Source of the DNA: a virus
Length of the DNA: 64,000 bases
Reading direction: 5' to 3' (one strand)
Virus record (IMG/VR): IMGVR_UViG_3300027396_000022
Location: 14,773 to 78,772 of that record
In this document: positions 47,099 to 55,813 of the stretch, one piece after another
How positions within the stretch are numbered: the first letter of the stretch is position 1
Layout: each line of letters begins with the position of its first letter
Program-made: the position numbers and the translations under genes
The notes under the pieces: model-generated
The model's input: only the letters and a program-made list of their open reading frames with translations
Told to the model about the DNA's origin: nothing
The model's database searches: none

Positions 47099-48121
47099 AT
47101 GGCGACTCTTCGCTCTGATGTCATCATCCCCGAGATTTTTACTCCGTATGTGATCGAGCAATCGACTCTGCGGAATCAGTTTCTTGCCAGCGGCGTTGTG
47201 CAGCCCATGGCGGAACTGAATGCAACCGAGGGTGGTGACTTCGTAAACGTGCCTTTCTGGAAGGCAAACCTGTCTGGCGACCTGGAAGTTCTTACCGATT
47301 CCACCAGCCTGACTCCTGGCAAAATCACTGCTGACAAGCAAGTTGGCGTGATCCTGCACCGTGGTCGTGCCTTTGAGGCCCGTGACCTTGCTGCTCTGGC
47401 CGCAGGTTCTGACCCCATGGCTGCCATCGGTCAAAAAGTTGGTGAGTACGTTGCCAACCAACAGCAGGCCGACCTGTATAAGTGTCTGGAAGGTGTGTTC
47501 GGCAGCCTGACCGGCTCTGACTCCCCTGCTTTTGATGCTCTGCGTTTTGACACCAGCGGCGCAACTGCTCTTGGTCCCCGCCAGGTGGCTAAGGCTCGCG
47601 CAATCCTGGGTGATCAAGGCGACAAGCTGACCGCTGTGGCCATGCACTCGGCTTGCTACTACGACCTCGTGGAGCGCAAGGCGATTGACTACGTGACCAA
47701 CACGGAAGCACGCCTGAGCACTGCTGCAACTGGCGCCAGCACCATCAACGCTGTTGGCGGTTCTGTGGCTGCTGCCTACGGTGACGTTCGTGTTCCGACC
47801 TACATGGGTCTGAATGTGATTGTCTCTGACGACATCAGCAACAGTGCCGGCAACTATGCCTGTTATTTCTTCACCTCTGGCGCTATTGCCTCCGGTGAGC
47901 AGGCTGCCATGCGTACTGAAACCGACCGCGATATCCTCGCCAAGTCGGATGCCATGTCGCTGGACATGCACTACATCTACCACCCGGTAGGTGCTAAGTG
48001 GGCCGTGACCACCACCAACCCGACCCGCGCACAGCTGGCCACCGTTGGTAACTGGTCGAAGGTGTACGAAACCAAGAACATTGGAATCGTGCGTGCCACC
48101 ATCACTTCCAACTTTGATTGA
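47099..48121 (+). CDS. Major capsid protein B
   Basis: IIPEIF.PYV, GG..VNVPFW, DLAALAAGSDPM, ETDRDIL motifs; strong codon bias. Confidence 0.9.
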   Translation: MATLRSDVIIPEIFTPYVIEQSTLRNQFLASGVVQPMAELNATEGGDFVNVPFWKANLSGDLEVLTDSTSLTPGKITADKQVGVILHRGRAFEARDLAALAAGSDPMAAIGQKVGEYVANQQQADLYKCLEGVFGSLTGSDSPAFDALRFDTSGATALGPRQVAKARAILGDQGDKLTAVAMHSACYYDLVERKAIDYVTNTEARLSTAATGASTINAVGGSVAAAYGDVRVPTYMGLNVIVSDDISNSAGNYACYFFTSGAIASGEQAAMRTETDRDILAKSDAMSLDMHYIYHPVGAKWAVTTTNPTRAQLATVGNWSKVYETKNIGIVRATITSNFD

Positions 48122-48132
48122 GGTAATTAGTC

Positions 48133-48546
48133 ATGCCTTCCTCAATCTTTGAACTGACTTCTGACCTTGCTGTCCTGAACATCAAGGCTTCCCAGAAGAC
48201 TGTTACTGCCGCCAGTAACGAAGCAACCACCCTCACTGCTGCACAGTGTGTTGAGGGCGTTGTGACCATGACCCCTTCTACCGGTCGTGCTCTGACCACC
48301 CCCACGGGCGCTGAACTCAAGACCTTCTTTGGTGGGCAACTTGAAATCGGCACTAGCTTTGAGCTGACCGTGGTGAATGTGGCTGCCTCCACTCACGCAA
48401 TCACCTTGACCGCTGCCGCTTCTGGCATCACCCTGGGTGGCGTGGCTGGCATGGCCACTGTTGCTGCTGCTACCAGCGCAACTTATACGTTCGTTTGCAC
48501 CGCAGTGGGCACCCCTGCCTTCACTGTGTACCGCAAGAACAGCTGA
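48133..48546 (+). CDS. Head decoration/fibre protein
   Basis: Ala/Thr-rich; directly after the capsid gene. Confidence 0.55.
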   Translation: MPSSIFELTSDLAVLNIKASQKTVTAASNEATTLTAAQCVEGVVTMTPSTGRALTTPTGAELKTFFGGQLEIGTSFELTVVNVAASTHAITLTAAASGITLGGVAGMATVAAATSATYTFVCTAVGTPAFTVYRKNS

Positions 48547-48752
48547 TGGGTATGCTCGCCTTTCGGCGGCTGCGTGAACAGGAGGCTCTGGCTACGGCTG
48601 GGGCCTCTTTTTCTAATGCAGAGCCTACGCCTACACTTGAAGTAACAGAAGATCAGCCGCTGTCTACCGATGGCAATAACAATCGACGCAACGGTGGGCG
48701 GCGCAAACGCCAACAGCTATCTGACACTGGTAGCAGCGGAAGCGATCATTGA
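48546..48752 (+). CDS. Hypothetical protein
   Basis: TGATG coupling; MGMLAFRRLREQEA. Confidence 0.45.
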   Translation: MGMLAFRRLREQEALATAGASFSNAEPTPTLEVTEDQPLSTDGNNNRRNGGRRKRQQLSDTGSSGSDH

Positions 48753-49236
48753 GGGTTTTGTTCAGGATGACGATGTAACCGCCTGGGCATCGGCCACCAC
48801 TGATCAAAAAAACCGGGCGTTGTTTACTGCCGCGCAACGCCTTGATCGTGAGCGTTTTCTTGGTGCTCGGGCAACAGATACGCAGGCTTTGCAGTGGCCC
48901 CGTACTGGCGTGCGCAAGCCTGATACCTATATCAATACTTATGCCGTCGGCTTTCCGTTCCGCATCACCACGGATTATTTCACCGACACCGAAATTCCAA
49001 CGCAGATCAAATACGCACAATGCGTGCTGGCAACGTATTTGAACAACAACAAAGATGGGATGGCTCTGAGCGGACTGGAGGATTACAAGTCCGTGTCCAT
49101 TGGCAGCCTTAGCGTCACCACTGCAGGCGCTAGCAGCACAGCCACTGGCGTTGATCGCATCCCGCCCATTGTGGAGCGGTATTTAACCGGTCTTAGAATC
49201 AGTGGACCGGGCAACATTGCTATTCGCCGGAGCTGA
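48670..49236 (+). CDS. Head-tail adaptor
   Basis: ANSY.T..A, AL..A...LD, QALQWPR, IP..IK.AQ..LA motifs. Confidence 0.8.
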   Translation: MAITIDATVGGANANSYLTLVAAEAIIEGFVQDDDVTAWASATTDQKNRALFTAAQRLDRERFLGARATDTQALQWPRTGVRKPDTYINTYAVGFPFRITTDYFTDTEIPTQIKYAQCVLATYLNNNKDGMALSGLEDYKSVSIGSLSVTTAGASSTATGVDRIPPIVERYLTGLRISGPGNIAIRRS

Positions 49237-49238
49237 TC

Positions 49239-49475
49239 ATGGCTGACTCTGATATGTACAACATTGGTTTTGAGTACATCAGTGACACCAGCGCTCACAC
49301 CGGCAGGTTTTGGCGGCTGTATGCCCTTGCTGATGCAGTGATCAGTACAGCGACGGTTCAGAACGCCAGCGGCAATACCTTCAGTTCTGTGCCCTTGGCT
49401 GCCGGTGATTCAATTGAAGGCGTATTCACAAGCGTCACTTTGGCAAGCGGCAAAATTGTCGCCTACAAAATCTGA
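49239..49475 (+). CDS. Small virion protein (paralogue 1)
   Basis: TGRF...GVFTSVTLASG..VAYK. Confidence 0.6.
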   Translation: MADSDMYNIGFEYISDTSAHTGRFWRLYALADAVISTATVQNASGNTFSSVPLAAGDSIEGVFTSVTLASGKIVAYKI

Positions 49476-49477
49476 TC

Positions 49478-49726
49478 ATGAGTGACTCTAACGTTCTCGG
49501 TATTGATTACGCCAAAGGCGCAACATTTATTGGCGACAGTACGACGCGCACCGGTCGTTGGGCAGCAATTCATTTCACAACAAATGCCCAAATTGACGCA
49601 ATTGTTGCGCAGAACTGGGATGGTTCCACCTTGTCTGGTCAATCCATGAGCGCCGCCACAACGTTGTACGGTGTTTTTACAAGCATCAAATTACAAAACG
49701 GTCACTGCGTCGCGTACAAGCTCTGA
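49478..49726 (+). CDS. Small virion protein (paralogue 2)
   Basis: TGRW...GVFTSIKLQNG..VAYK. Confidence 0.6.
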   Translation: MSDSNVLGIDYAKGATFIGDSTTRTGRWAAIHFTTNAQIDAIVAQNWDGSTLSGQSMSAATTLYGVFTSIKLQNGHCVAYKL

Positions 49727-50082
49727 TGGCACTTGCTACTTCACTACGGAAGACCGCCAGTAAATTGATGGCTAAGTTTGGCGGCGAAGTCACCATCAGG
49801 CGAATCACCACTGGCGCGTATAACCCGACGACAGGCACTGCAACACCAACTGCCTCTGAGACCGTTGTGCGCGGCGTGCTTGAAGCTGTAACTGAACGTG
49901 AGCTGAACGACCTGATCAAGAGCACGGATAAGAAGCTGACGGTGGCCGCTGTTGATCTTGCGGCTGAACCCAGCGTGGCTGATCAAGTGACGATCTCAGG
50001 GCGTATTTTGCAGACCGTGCAAGTCAACAAGATTGAACAAGACAACGAACCGATTGTGTTTGAGATATTTCTGAGGGAGTGA
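49726..50082 (+). CDS. Head closure protein
   Basis: FG..VTIRR..G.YNP.TG...D.KL motif. Confidence 0.7.
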   Translation: MALATSLRKTASKLMAKFGGEVTIRRITTGAYNPTTGTATPTASETVVRGVLEAVTERELNDLIKSTDKKLTVAAVDLAAEPSVADQVTISGRILQTVQVNKIEQDNEPIVFEIFLRE

Positions 50083-50083
50083 C

Positions 50084-50488
50084 ATGGCCCGGCAAATCAG
50101 GATTGGCGAGATTGGTCAGTATGCCGAGGGGCAGCTCAACAAACTGATCACTGCTGCTGTGCTGACGGCTGATGCACGGCTCAAATTACAAAGCCCTGTT
50201 GATACGGGCCGTTTCCGTGCAAGCTGGGCGATTGGTCAAAACGCTGCACCGTTTGAGGGTCAACCTGAAGGCAGTTACCCAAACTCGCCGCCACCGGAGG
50301 CCGTCAACTATCAACTCGGCAATGAACAGATCGGGAATGTTTACAGCATCCACAACAATCTGATTTACGCTGAGCCTTTGGCGAACGGTCGCAGCGTGCA
50401 GGCGCCATCCGGCTGGGTTGATTCCATCGCCAAAGACATTCAAACTTACGTCAACGCTGAAGCGGACCGGATCGGTCGTAACTCATGA
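50084..50488 (+). CDS. HK97 gp10-like tail completion protein
   Basis: SPVDTGRFRASW, NNL.YA..L..G.S.QAP.G motifs. Confidence 0.85.
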   Translation: MARQIRIGEIGQYAEGQLNKLITAAVLTADARLKLQSPVDTGRFRASWAIGQNAAPFEGQPEGSYPNSPPPEAVNYQLGNEQIGNVYSIHNNLIYAEPLANGRSVQAPSGWVDSIAKDIQTYVNAEADRIGRNS

Positions 50489-50916
50489 GCCTCAACACCG
50501 TCCGTTCCTACATCGAAAACCGTATTGCAACGGAGTTTGCCGCCTCGCCTGCCATTCAGGTTGCCTATCAAAACGTTCCGTTCTCTCCGCCGAACAACGC
50601 AAGTTGGATTCAGACAAACATTATCTGGGGCGATTCGGCATACATGACGATCCTTACAACCTCTGCTCGTGGCACCGGAGCAGGCTTTGATCGTCGTAAC
50701 GGCACCCTTGTTTTCAACGTATTTAGCCCGCGTGGTGCTGGGCCTGGTGCTGGACTAACCATTGCTCAACGCTGCATCAGCCTGTTCACACGTTTGCAGC
50801 TTGAAAATATAAAATTTGACCCCGCAAATGGTCCGCGTGCCATTGAACCCTCTGTGCCTGAAGGGTTTTTCCAAACGCAAGTAGCCATTACTTTTGAGGC
50901 TTACGAGCAAAGCTAG
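50485..50916 (+). CDS. Tail terminator protein
   Basis: VAYQN..F.PP, G.L...VF.P.G.G motifs. Confidence 0.7.
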   Translation: MSLNTVRSYIENRIATEFAASPAIQVAYQNVPFSPPNNASWIQTNIIWGDSAYMTILTTSARGTGAGFDRRNGTLVFNVFSPRGAGPGAGLTIAQRCISLFTRLQLENIKFDPANGPRAIEPSVPEGFFQTQVAITFEAYEQS

Positions 50917-50945
50917 ACTCATAACAGCCAATACCGTTCACAACA

Positions 50946-51701
50946 ATGGCTGTCACTGTTTTGTCCGGCACGTCCGGCGCTCTGTATTACAAGCCCGCTG
51001 GCACCACCGGTACATTCGGTGAGTCTGGCGTGAATGCTGGTACTGACACGATCACTGTTCAGACTTATCTCAATCTGAAGGCGGGCGATCCTGTTAAGTT
51101 CCGCGTCGTCAATAGTCAAACTGGTGGATCTGGCACCGGCACCCTGCCCTCGCCTATCTCTGACGCCACTACCTATTACGTTCTGAGCTACACCGCTGCA
51201 ACTGGTGCGCTTACCGTATCGACTGCTGCTGGTGGCACCATCCTTGCCATTACCGACGATGGCACCGTGGCTTCACCCAATGAGTTTGAGGTGTATTACG
51301 CCGATTACGCCGCTGTCGGTCAGGTTCAATCCTGGTCATTTGAAATCAGCCGTGCTGAAATCGACGTGACCACCATTGGTCAAACCGCCGGTCAGTATGC
51401 GCCCTTCCGCGCCTATATCCCCGGTTTTGCGGATGGCAACGGTACTGCCACCATTTATGTCACCAACGAAGACAGCGCCCTGTCTAACCGCATGGTGGAA
51501 GACGTGCTGCAGCGTCAGCAAGTTGGTTGCGCCTTCAAGCTGTATACCGACAAGCAAAGCACCGAGGCCCTCAGCCGCTCCATCGCCATGGATGCCGTGC
51601 TGTTGACCGCCAGCCTAAATATCAACCCCGACGATGCTCAACAGGTTGAAATCACCTTCCGCCCGTCTGGCGTACCAACCTTTGACTTTGCTACTGCCTG
51701 A
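50946..51701 (+). CDS. Major tail tube protein
   Basis: LSGTSGALYY, VQSWSFEISRAEIDVTTIG; followed by a terminator. Confidence 0.8.
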   Translation: MAVTVLSGTSGALYYKPAGTTGTFGESGVNAGTDTITVQTYLNLKAGDPVKFRVVNSQTGGSGTGTLPSPISDATTYYVLSYTAATGALTVSTAAGGTILAITDDGTVASPNEFEVYYADYAAVGQVQSWSFEISRAEIDVTTIGQTAGQYAPFRAYIPGFADGNGTATIYVTNEDSALSNRMVEDVLQRQQVGCAFKLYTDKQSTEALSRSIAMDAVLLTASLNINPDDAQQVEITFRPSGVPTFDFATA

Positions 51702-51726
51702 TAAGGTCAGTCAGTTGGAGTTTTCA

Positions 51727-51754
51727 CCCCCGGCCTTGCGCTGGGGGCTTTTTT
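51727..51754 (+). terminator. Rho-independent terminator
   Basis: CCCCCGGC/GCTGGGGG stem followed by TTTTTT. Confidence 0.8.
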
Positions 51755-51786
51755 ATGCCTAAAGTAATCACAAACGACCTGTTTTT

Positions 51787-52146
51787 ATGCCTGCGCCTAC
51801 ATCGTCTGCTCTTGCCCGGCTGAAAAAGGCTGCAAATTTGACGCCTATCAAGCGTGTGGTGACTTTGGCAAATGGCGATGTGTTTGAGTTTTACGCCACG
51901 GCTTTGACCATGGCAGAGCGTGAGCGTGCGCAGAAAATGCCCGGAGGCGATGACGCCAATGGTTTTGCTTTGAACCTGCTGGTAACAAAAGCAGTTGACG
52001 AGGCTGGTCAGCGCCTGTTTCAAGCCGGTGAAATTGCCGAGCTGAAAAATGACGTGCTTGACGCCGATCTTCAAGCCATGATGCTGGCGATCATTACCAA
52101 CCCCGAGGAGCAGCAAGAGCTAGACATGAAAAGCTCTAAAGGCTGA
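51787..52146 (+). CDS. Tail assembly chaperone (gpG-like)
   Basis: Between tube and tape measure genes; LTMAERE, KAVDEAGQRLF. Confidence 0.75.
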   Translation: MPAPTSSALARLKKAANLTPIKRVVTLANGDVFEFYATALTMAERERAQKMPGGDDANGFALNLLVTKAVDEAGQRLFQAGEIAELKNDVLDADLQAMMLAIITNPEEQQELDMKSSKG

Positions 52147-52318
52147 TCTCAAAAAAGACAATCTGTTGTTGCTACAACTCGGCGTTGCAAAAGAGCTGGG
52201 CTATTCATTGGCTCAACTCAATTCTGAGGTGACTCTAGAGGAGTTGCTGTTGTGGTCGGCGTATTTTGATCTGACCAATGAGGAGCAGGAACGTAGACTG
52301 AAGCAACGCCGTAGGTAA
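52130..52318 (+). CDS. gpT-like chaperone extension (+1/-2 frame)
   Basis: Read by hand: ...VAKELGYSLAQL..EVTLEELLLWSAYF; no ATG in frame. Confidence 0.6.
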   Translation, partial: KALKADLKKDNLLLLQLGVAKELGYSLAQLNSEVTLEELLLWSAYFDLTNEEQERRLKQRRR

Positions 52319-52321
52319 GCC

Positions 52322-54961
52322 GTGTCTGTCGTAGCCAGCGTTGCCATTAACGTTGACAGCCGTGATGCGGTGCAGAAGCTGCGTCAGGTTGAGCAAGTCA
52401 GCAGCAAGCTAGACCAGACATATCAAGACGTAAATGGTCGTCTGCGGGATGCAAATGGCCGTTTTGTCAAATTGGGCGATGCCGCGCAAGGCGCTAGCAA
52501 GAAAATTGATATTCTTGGCGGCGCAGTAAAAAACCTTGCCGCGCAATTAGTTGTTGCTGATTTAGCTAGACGGTTTTTCAAGGGATTTGATGAAGCCGAA
52601 AAGGCTGCCGCTGCAGTTCGCACACTTGGCGTAGACAGCAAAGCTCTTGAAGGTCAACTTCTTGCAGTAAGTAACCGTCTTGGAGGTTTGTTTTCTCAAA
52701 CGCAATTGCTTGCTGCTTCATATGACGTAGCTAGTGCCGGCTTTGCTAATGCTGCTGACAATGCAAAAATTCTTGAAGCTTCCGCAAAAGGTGCCGTTGG
52801 CGGATTGTCAGACATCAACACTGTTGGCAATGCGGTTACCAGTGTCCTTAACGCATACGGAAAGTCAGCGAATGACGCAGCAATTTTGGTTGATGGTTTT
52901 ATTCAAACTCAAAACGACGGCAAAATTGTTCTTAATGAATATGCACAACAGATTGGTAAATTAGCGCCTACTGCGGCGGCGGCTGGAGTTGGCATCACCG
53001 AGTTGAACGCTGCTGTTGCAACAATTACGGCACAAGGCGTTCCGGTTGAGGCAACGTTTACGGGTCTTAATCAGGCACTGGTTTCAATATTAAAACCAAG
53101 CAAAGAGGCAAGTGATCTTGCGGAGGCATTGGGAATTGACTTCAATGAGGCAGGCTTAAGAGCAAAGGGTTTTGGTGGATTACTGCAAGAAGTAAAAGAA
53201 AGGACAGGTGGCAGCACGACCGCTATGGTCAAGTTGTTTGGCAGCGTTGACGCACTCAAAGCAGTATTGCCATTGGTCAACGATGACCTTGTTAAATACA
53301 ACCAAAACATTGAAAGACAAGCGAAAGTTTCGGGCGTTGCAGATGACGCAACAAAGGAGCTTGGCGGTACTGTTTCAAGTGAAGTATCAAAAATGATCAA
53401 TCAGATTGGGAATCTAACCCGATCACTTGATACTGTTCTTGGTCCTGCGCTTGGTGGAATTGTCAGGCTAATCAATGTAGTGATTGCGGAGGCAACCAGA
53501 GGCATCAACGTCTTGGGTCAGCTTTTCAGTCTTGGCAAAAATACAACCATTCTTAAAAGCGCCCTTGAGTCTGGTGATCTTCGCGGCAATGCGGCTGCCA
53601 GAGTTATTCCTGGCGTTGACGAGTTAATTGGCCAGAAACGTAGGCAGCAATTGCAAAGGCAAGCTGGCGCAGGTACTGGGCTTTTCGGGCTTGGATTTAA
53701 TGCACAAAAGTTTGCTGAACTTCTCAAGCAGCAGCCAGAAATTAAACGTCTTTTGGGTGCTGGCGCAGCAACTAATAGAGGAGGTGGCGCTCCCATAGGC
53801 GTGGATCCTGCCATTCAAGCCATCTTAGATAGCCTAGACAAACAGGCAAATGGTGGCGGTAAAAAAGGTCTCTCAGATGCAGAACAAGAAGCCAAGCGTT
53901 TAGCCGAAGAGCTAAAGCGATCTCTTGAAACAGGTGATCGGCTTGGTACTGAATTTAAACGTCAAGTACTGCTGCTTGCAGAAGCCGATGAAATCGAGCA
54001 AAAACGTTTGCAAATTCAATTTGACTTTGAAGATCGCGCCAAGCAGATTTCCGAGCTAAAGAACACTGAACAGCAAACCAATCTTAATCAGTTAAACACT
54101 GAAATACAAAGGCTTGAAATAATTAAACTGCAAACAGAAGAACTTAAAAGACAAGCCGAAGAAGCTGAAGAGCTTTTCAGCAAAGCGCTTGAAGGCACAG
54201 ACTTTAGTTTTGAAGGCAAAGGCACAGTTGCGTCGGGTTTAACAGACAAGATCTCACAATTAAAAGAAGAGTTAGACCCAATCAAGCTGAAAGTCGATAC
54301 CATCGTTAATGGCGCTACCGCGATTGGCGATGCTTTTAGTACAGCATTTGGCGAAGTAATTACAGGAGCCAAATCAACTCAAGAAGCGCTGGCGGATGCC
54401 TTCAAGAAGATTGGGGATGCCTTTATCAGCATGGCAGTTGAAATTATTGCCAAGCAGATGACTTTAATTATTCTGCAGTCAATTTACAACGCATTAAGTG
54501 GTGCTAGCGCCCGCGCAACTGCGGGCAAGAATTTGACTGGTACTGGAGCATTGGCTCAGCCAGCGGCAGTCCCTGGATTAAAAATTGGGGGCTACGCCGA
54601 AGGTGGTTTTGTCACTGGTCCCACTCGCGCACTAATAGGCGAAGGCGGCGAACCGGAATACGTCATCCCCGCCAGCAAAATGCGCTCTGCCATGTCTCGT
54701 TACTCGGCTGGCGCTCGCGGCTCCGCTGTAATCCCTGCCGGCGAAGGTGGTGACGGCATGGGCGGCACTGCCACAATGGCACCAGCATCCATCGACGTGC
54801 GTTACACCGTGGAACGCATCAACTCCGTGGATTACGTCACCGCCGACCAATTCCGCGCTGGTATGCAACAGGCTGCAGCGCAAGGCGCTCAACGCGGCGA
54901 GCAAGCCACCATCCGCCGCCTCAAGCAATCCCAGTCAACCCGTAGCCGCCTCGGAATCTGA
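52322..54961 (+). CDS. Tape measure protein B
   Basis: 879 aa; TP901-like core (YDVASAG, TQNDGK); C-terminus homologous to tape measure A. Confidence 0.9.
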   Translation: MSVVASVAINVDSRDAVQKLRQVEQVSSKLDQTYQDVNGRLRDANGRFVKLGDAAQGASKKIDILGGAVKNLAAQLVVADLARRFFKGFDEAEKAAAAVRTLGVDSKALEGQLLAVSNRLGGLFSQTQLLAASYDVASAGFANAADNAKILEASAKGAVGGLSDINTVGNAVTSVLNAYGKSANDAAILVDGFIQTQNDGKIVLNEYAQQIGKLAPTAAAAGVGITELNAAVATITAQGVPVEATFTGLNQALVSILKPSKEASDLAEALGIDFNEAGLRAKGFGGLLQEVKERTGGSTTAMVKLFGSVDALKAVLPLVNDDLVKYNQNIERQAKVSGVADDATKELGGTVSSEVSKMINQIGNLTRSLDTVLGPALGGIVRLINVVIAEATRGINVLGQLFSLGKNTTILKSALESGDLRGNAAARVIPGVDELIGQKRRQQLQRQAGAGTGLFGLGFNAQKFAELLKQQPEIKRLLGAGAATNRGGGAPIGVDPAIQAILDSLDKQANGGGKKGLSDAEQEAKRLAEELKRSLETGDRLGTEFKRQVLLLAEADEIEQKRLQIQFDFEDRAKQISELKNTEQQTNLNQLNTEIQRLEIIKLQTEELKRQAEEAEELFSKALEGTDFSFEGKGTVASGLTDKISQLKEELDPIKLKVDTIVNGATAIGDAFSTAFGEVITGAKSTQEALADAFKKIGDAFISMAVEIIAKQMTLIILQSIYNALSGASARATAGKNLTGTGALAQPAAVPGLKIGGYAEGGFVTGPTRALIGEGGEPEYVIPASKMRSAMSRYSAGARGSAVIPAGEGGDGMGGTATMAPASIDVRYTVERINSVDYVTADQFRAGMQQAAAQGAQRGEQATIRRLKQSQSTRSRLGI

Positions 54962-55461
54962 TGACTGTTACTACCGGGCCAGAATTTAGCGATCAGATTG
55001 CCTACGGGCACCTGGTGCGCTTCTACTACAAAAACACCCTCCCGTACCTGTACCAAAACTTTTACTCAGACGGCGACTTCACGTACCAAGGCGACGTTTA
55101 CGGCTCTGCTGTTCCTTTTGGTTTTACGGGCGTCACAGTCAACCGAAACGGCGACAACCAATCCACCAATCTGATTTTTCCGCAAAACGGAATTACGCAG
55201 GCAGTATCAGCAAAACTGCTCAACCAATCTGGCTGGCGTGCTGAGGTTGAAACGATGCTGTTCGACCCGGATGACCGTACAAAGTTTCGGTCTCTCAGCA
55301 CTTATACCGGCATGGTGGTGGCTGCCGTGTACGCCGGTCCCACCATCGAACTGGAGCTAGGCAACATCCTGGATGCCGTTGGTGCTGATGTACCACGCCG
55401 CCGTCTGACGGAGGATCTGTTTGGTCCGCTGCCTACCACCGCCAATGTGCGATTGCAGTGA
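54961..55461 (+). CDS. Tail tip protein (gpL-like position)
   Basis: Homologue of 15150-15680. Confidence 0.6.
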   Translation: MTVTTGPEFSDQIAYGHLVRFYYKNTLPYLYQNFYSDGDFTYQGDVYGSAVPFGFTGVTVNRNGDNQSTNLIFPQNGITQAVSAKLLNQSGWRAEVETMLFDPDDRTKFRSLSTYTGMVVAAVYAGPTIELELGNILDAVGADVPRRRLTEDLFGPLPTTANVRLQ

Positions 55462-55813
55462 TCTTGTCGGCAAACCTTACCGCCTTGGCGCTGATGGCAG
55501 CGACGGAGCAATCGACTGCATCCATTTGGTTTACACAGTGCTGGGCAGATTAGGCATCCCCACGCCTGAGTTCCAAGCTGACTGGTACACCGCCGACATC
55601 AAAACGGTCTTACGCGACATCCACAAATGGGGTCGTCGTGTTGCACAGCCGCAGTACGATGGTGACGTGGTAATGCTTGCCCACGACAACTGGGCTTTCG
55701 GGGTTACGTGGCAAGACGGCATTTTCTACATCAATCGGGATCTGCTGAAGGTGGCTTGGCTCCCTTTGTGCGCAGCACCCAAATGCCGCTGTTACCGTAT
55801 GAAAAAGATCTAA
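55446..55813 (+). CDS. NlpC/P60-like tail assembly protein
   Basis: LVGKPYRLGADG..IDCIHLV. Confidence 0.7.
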
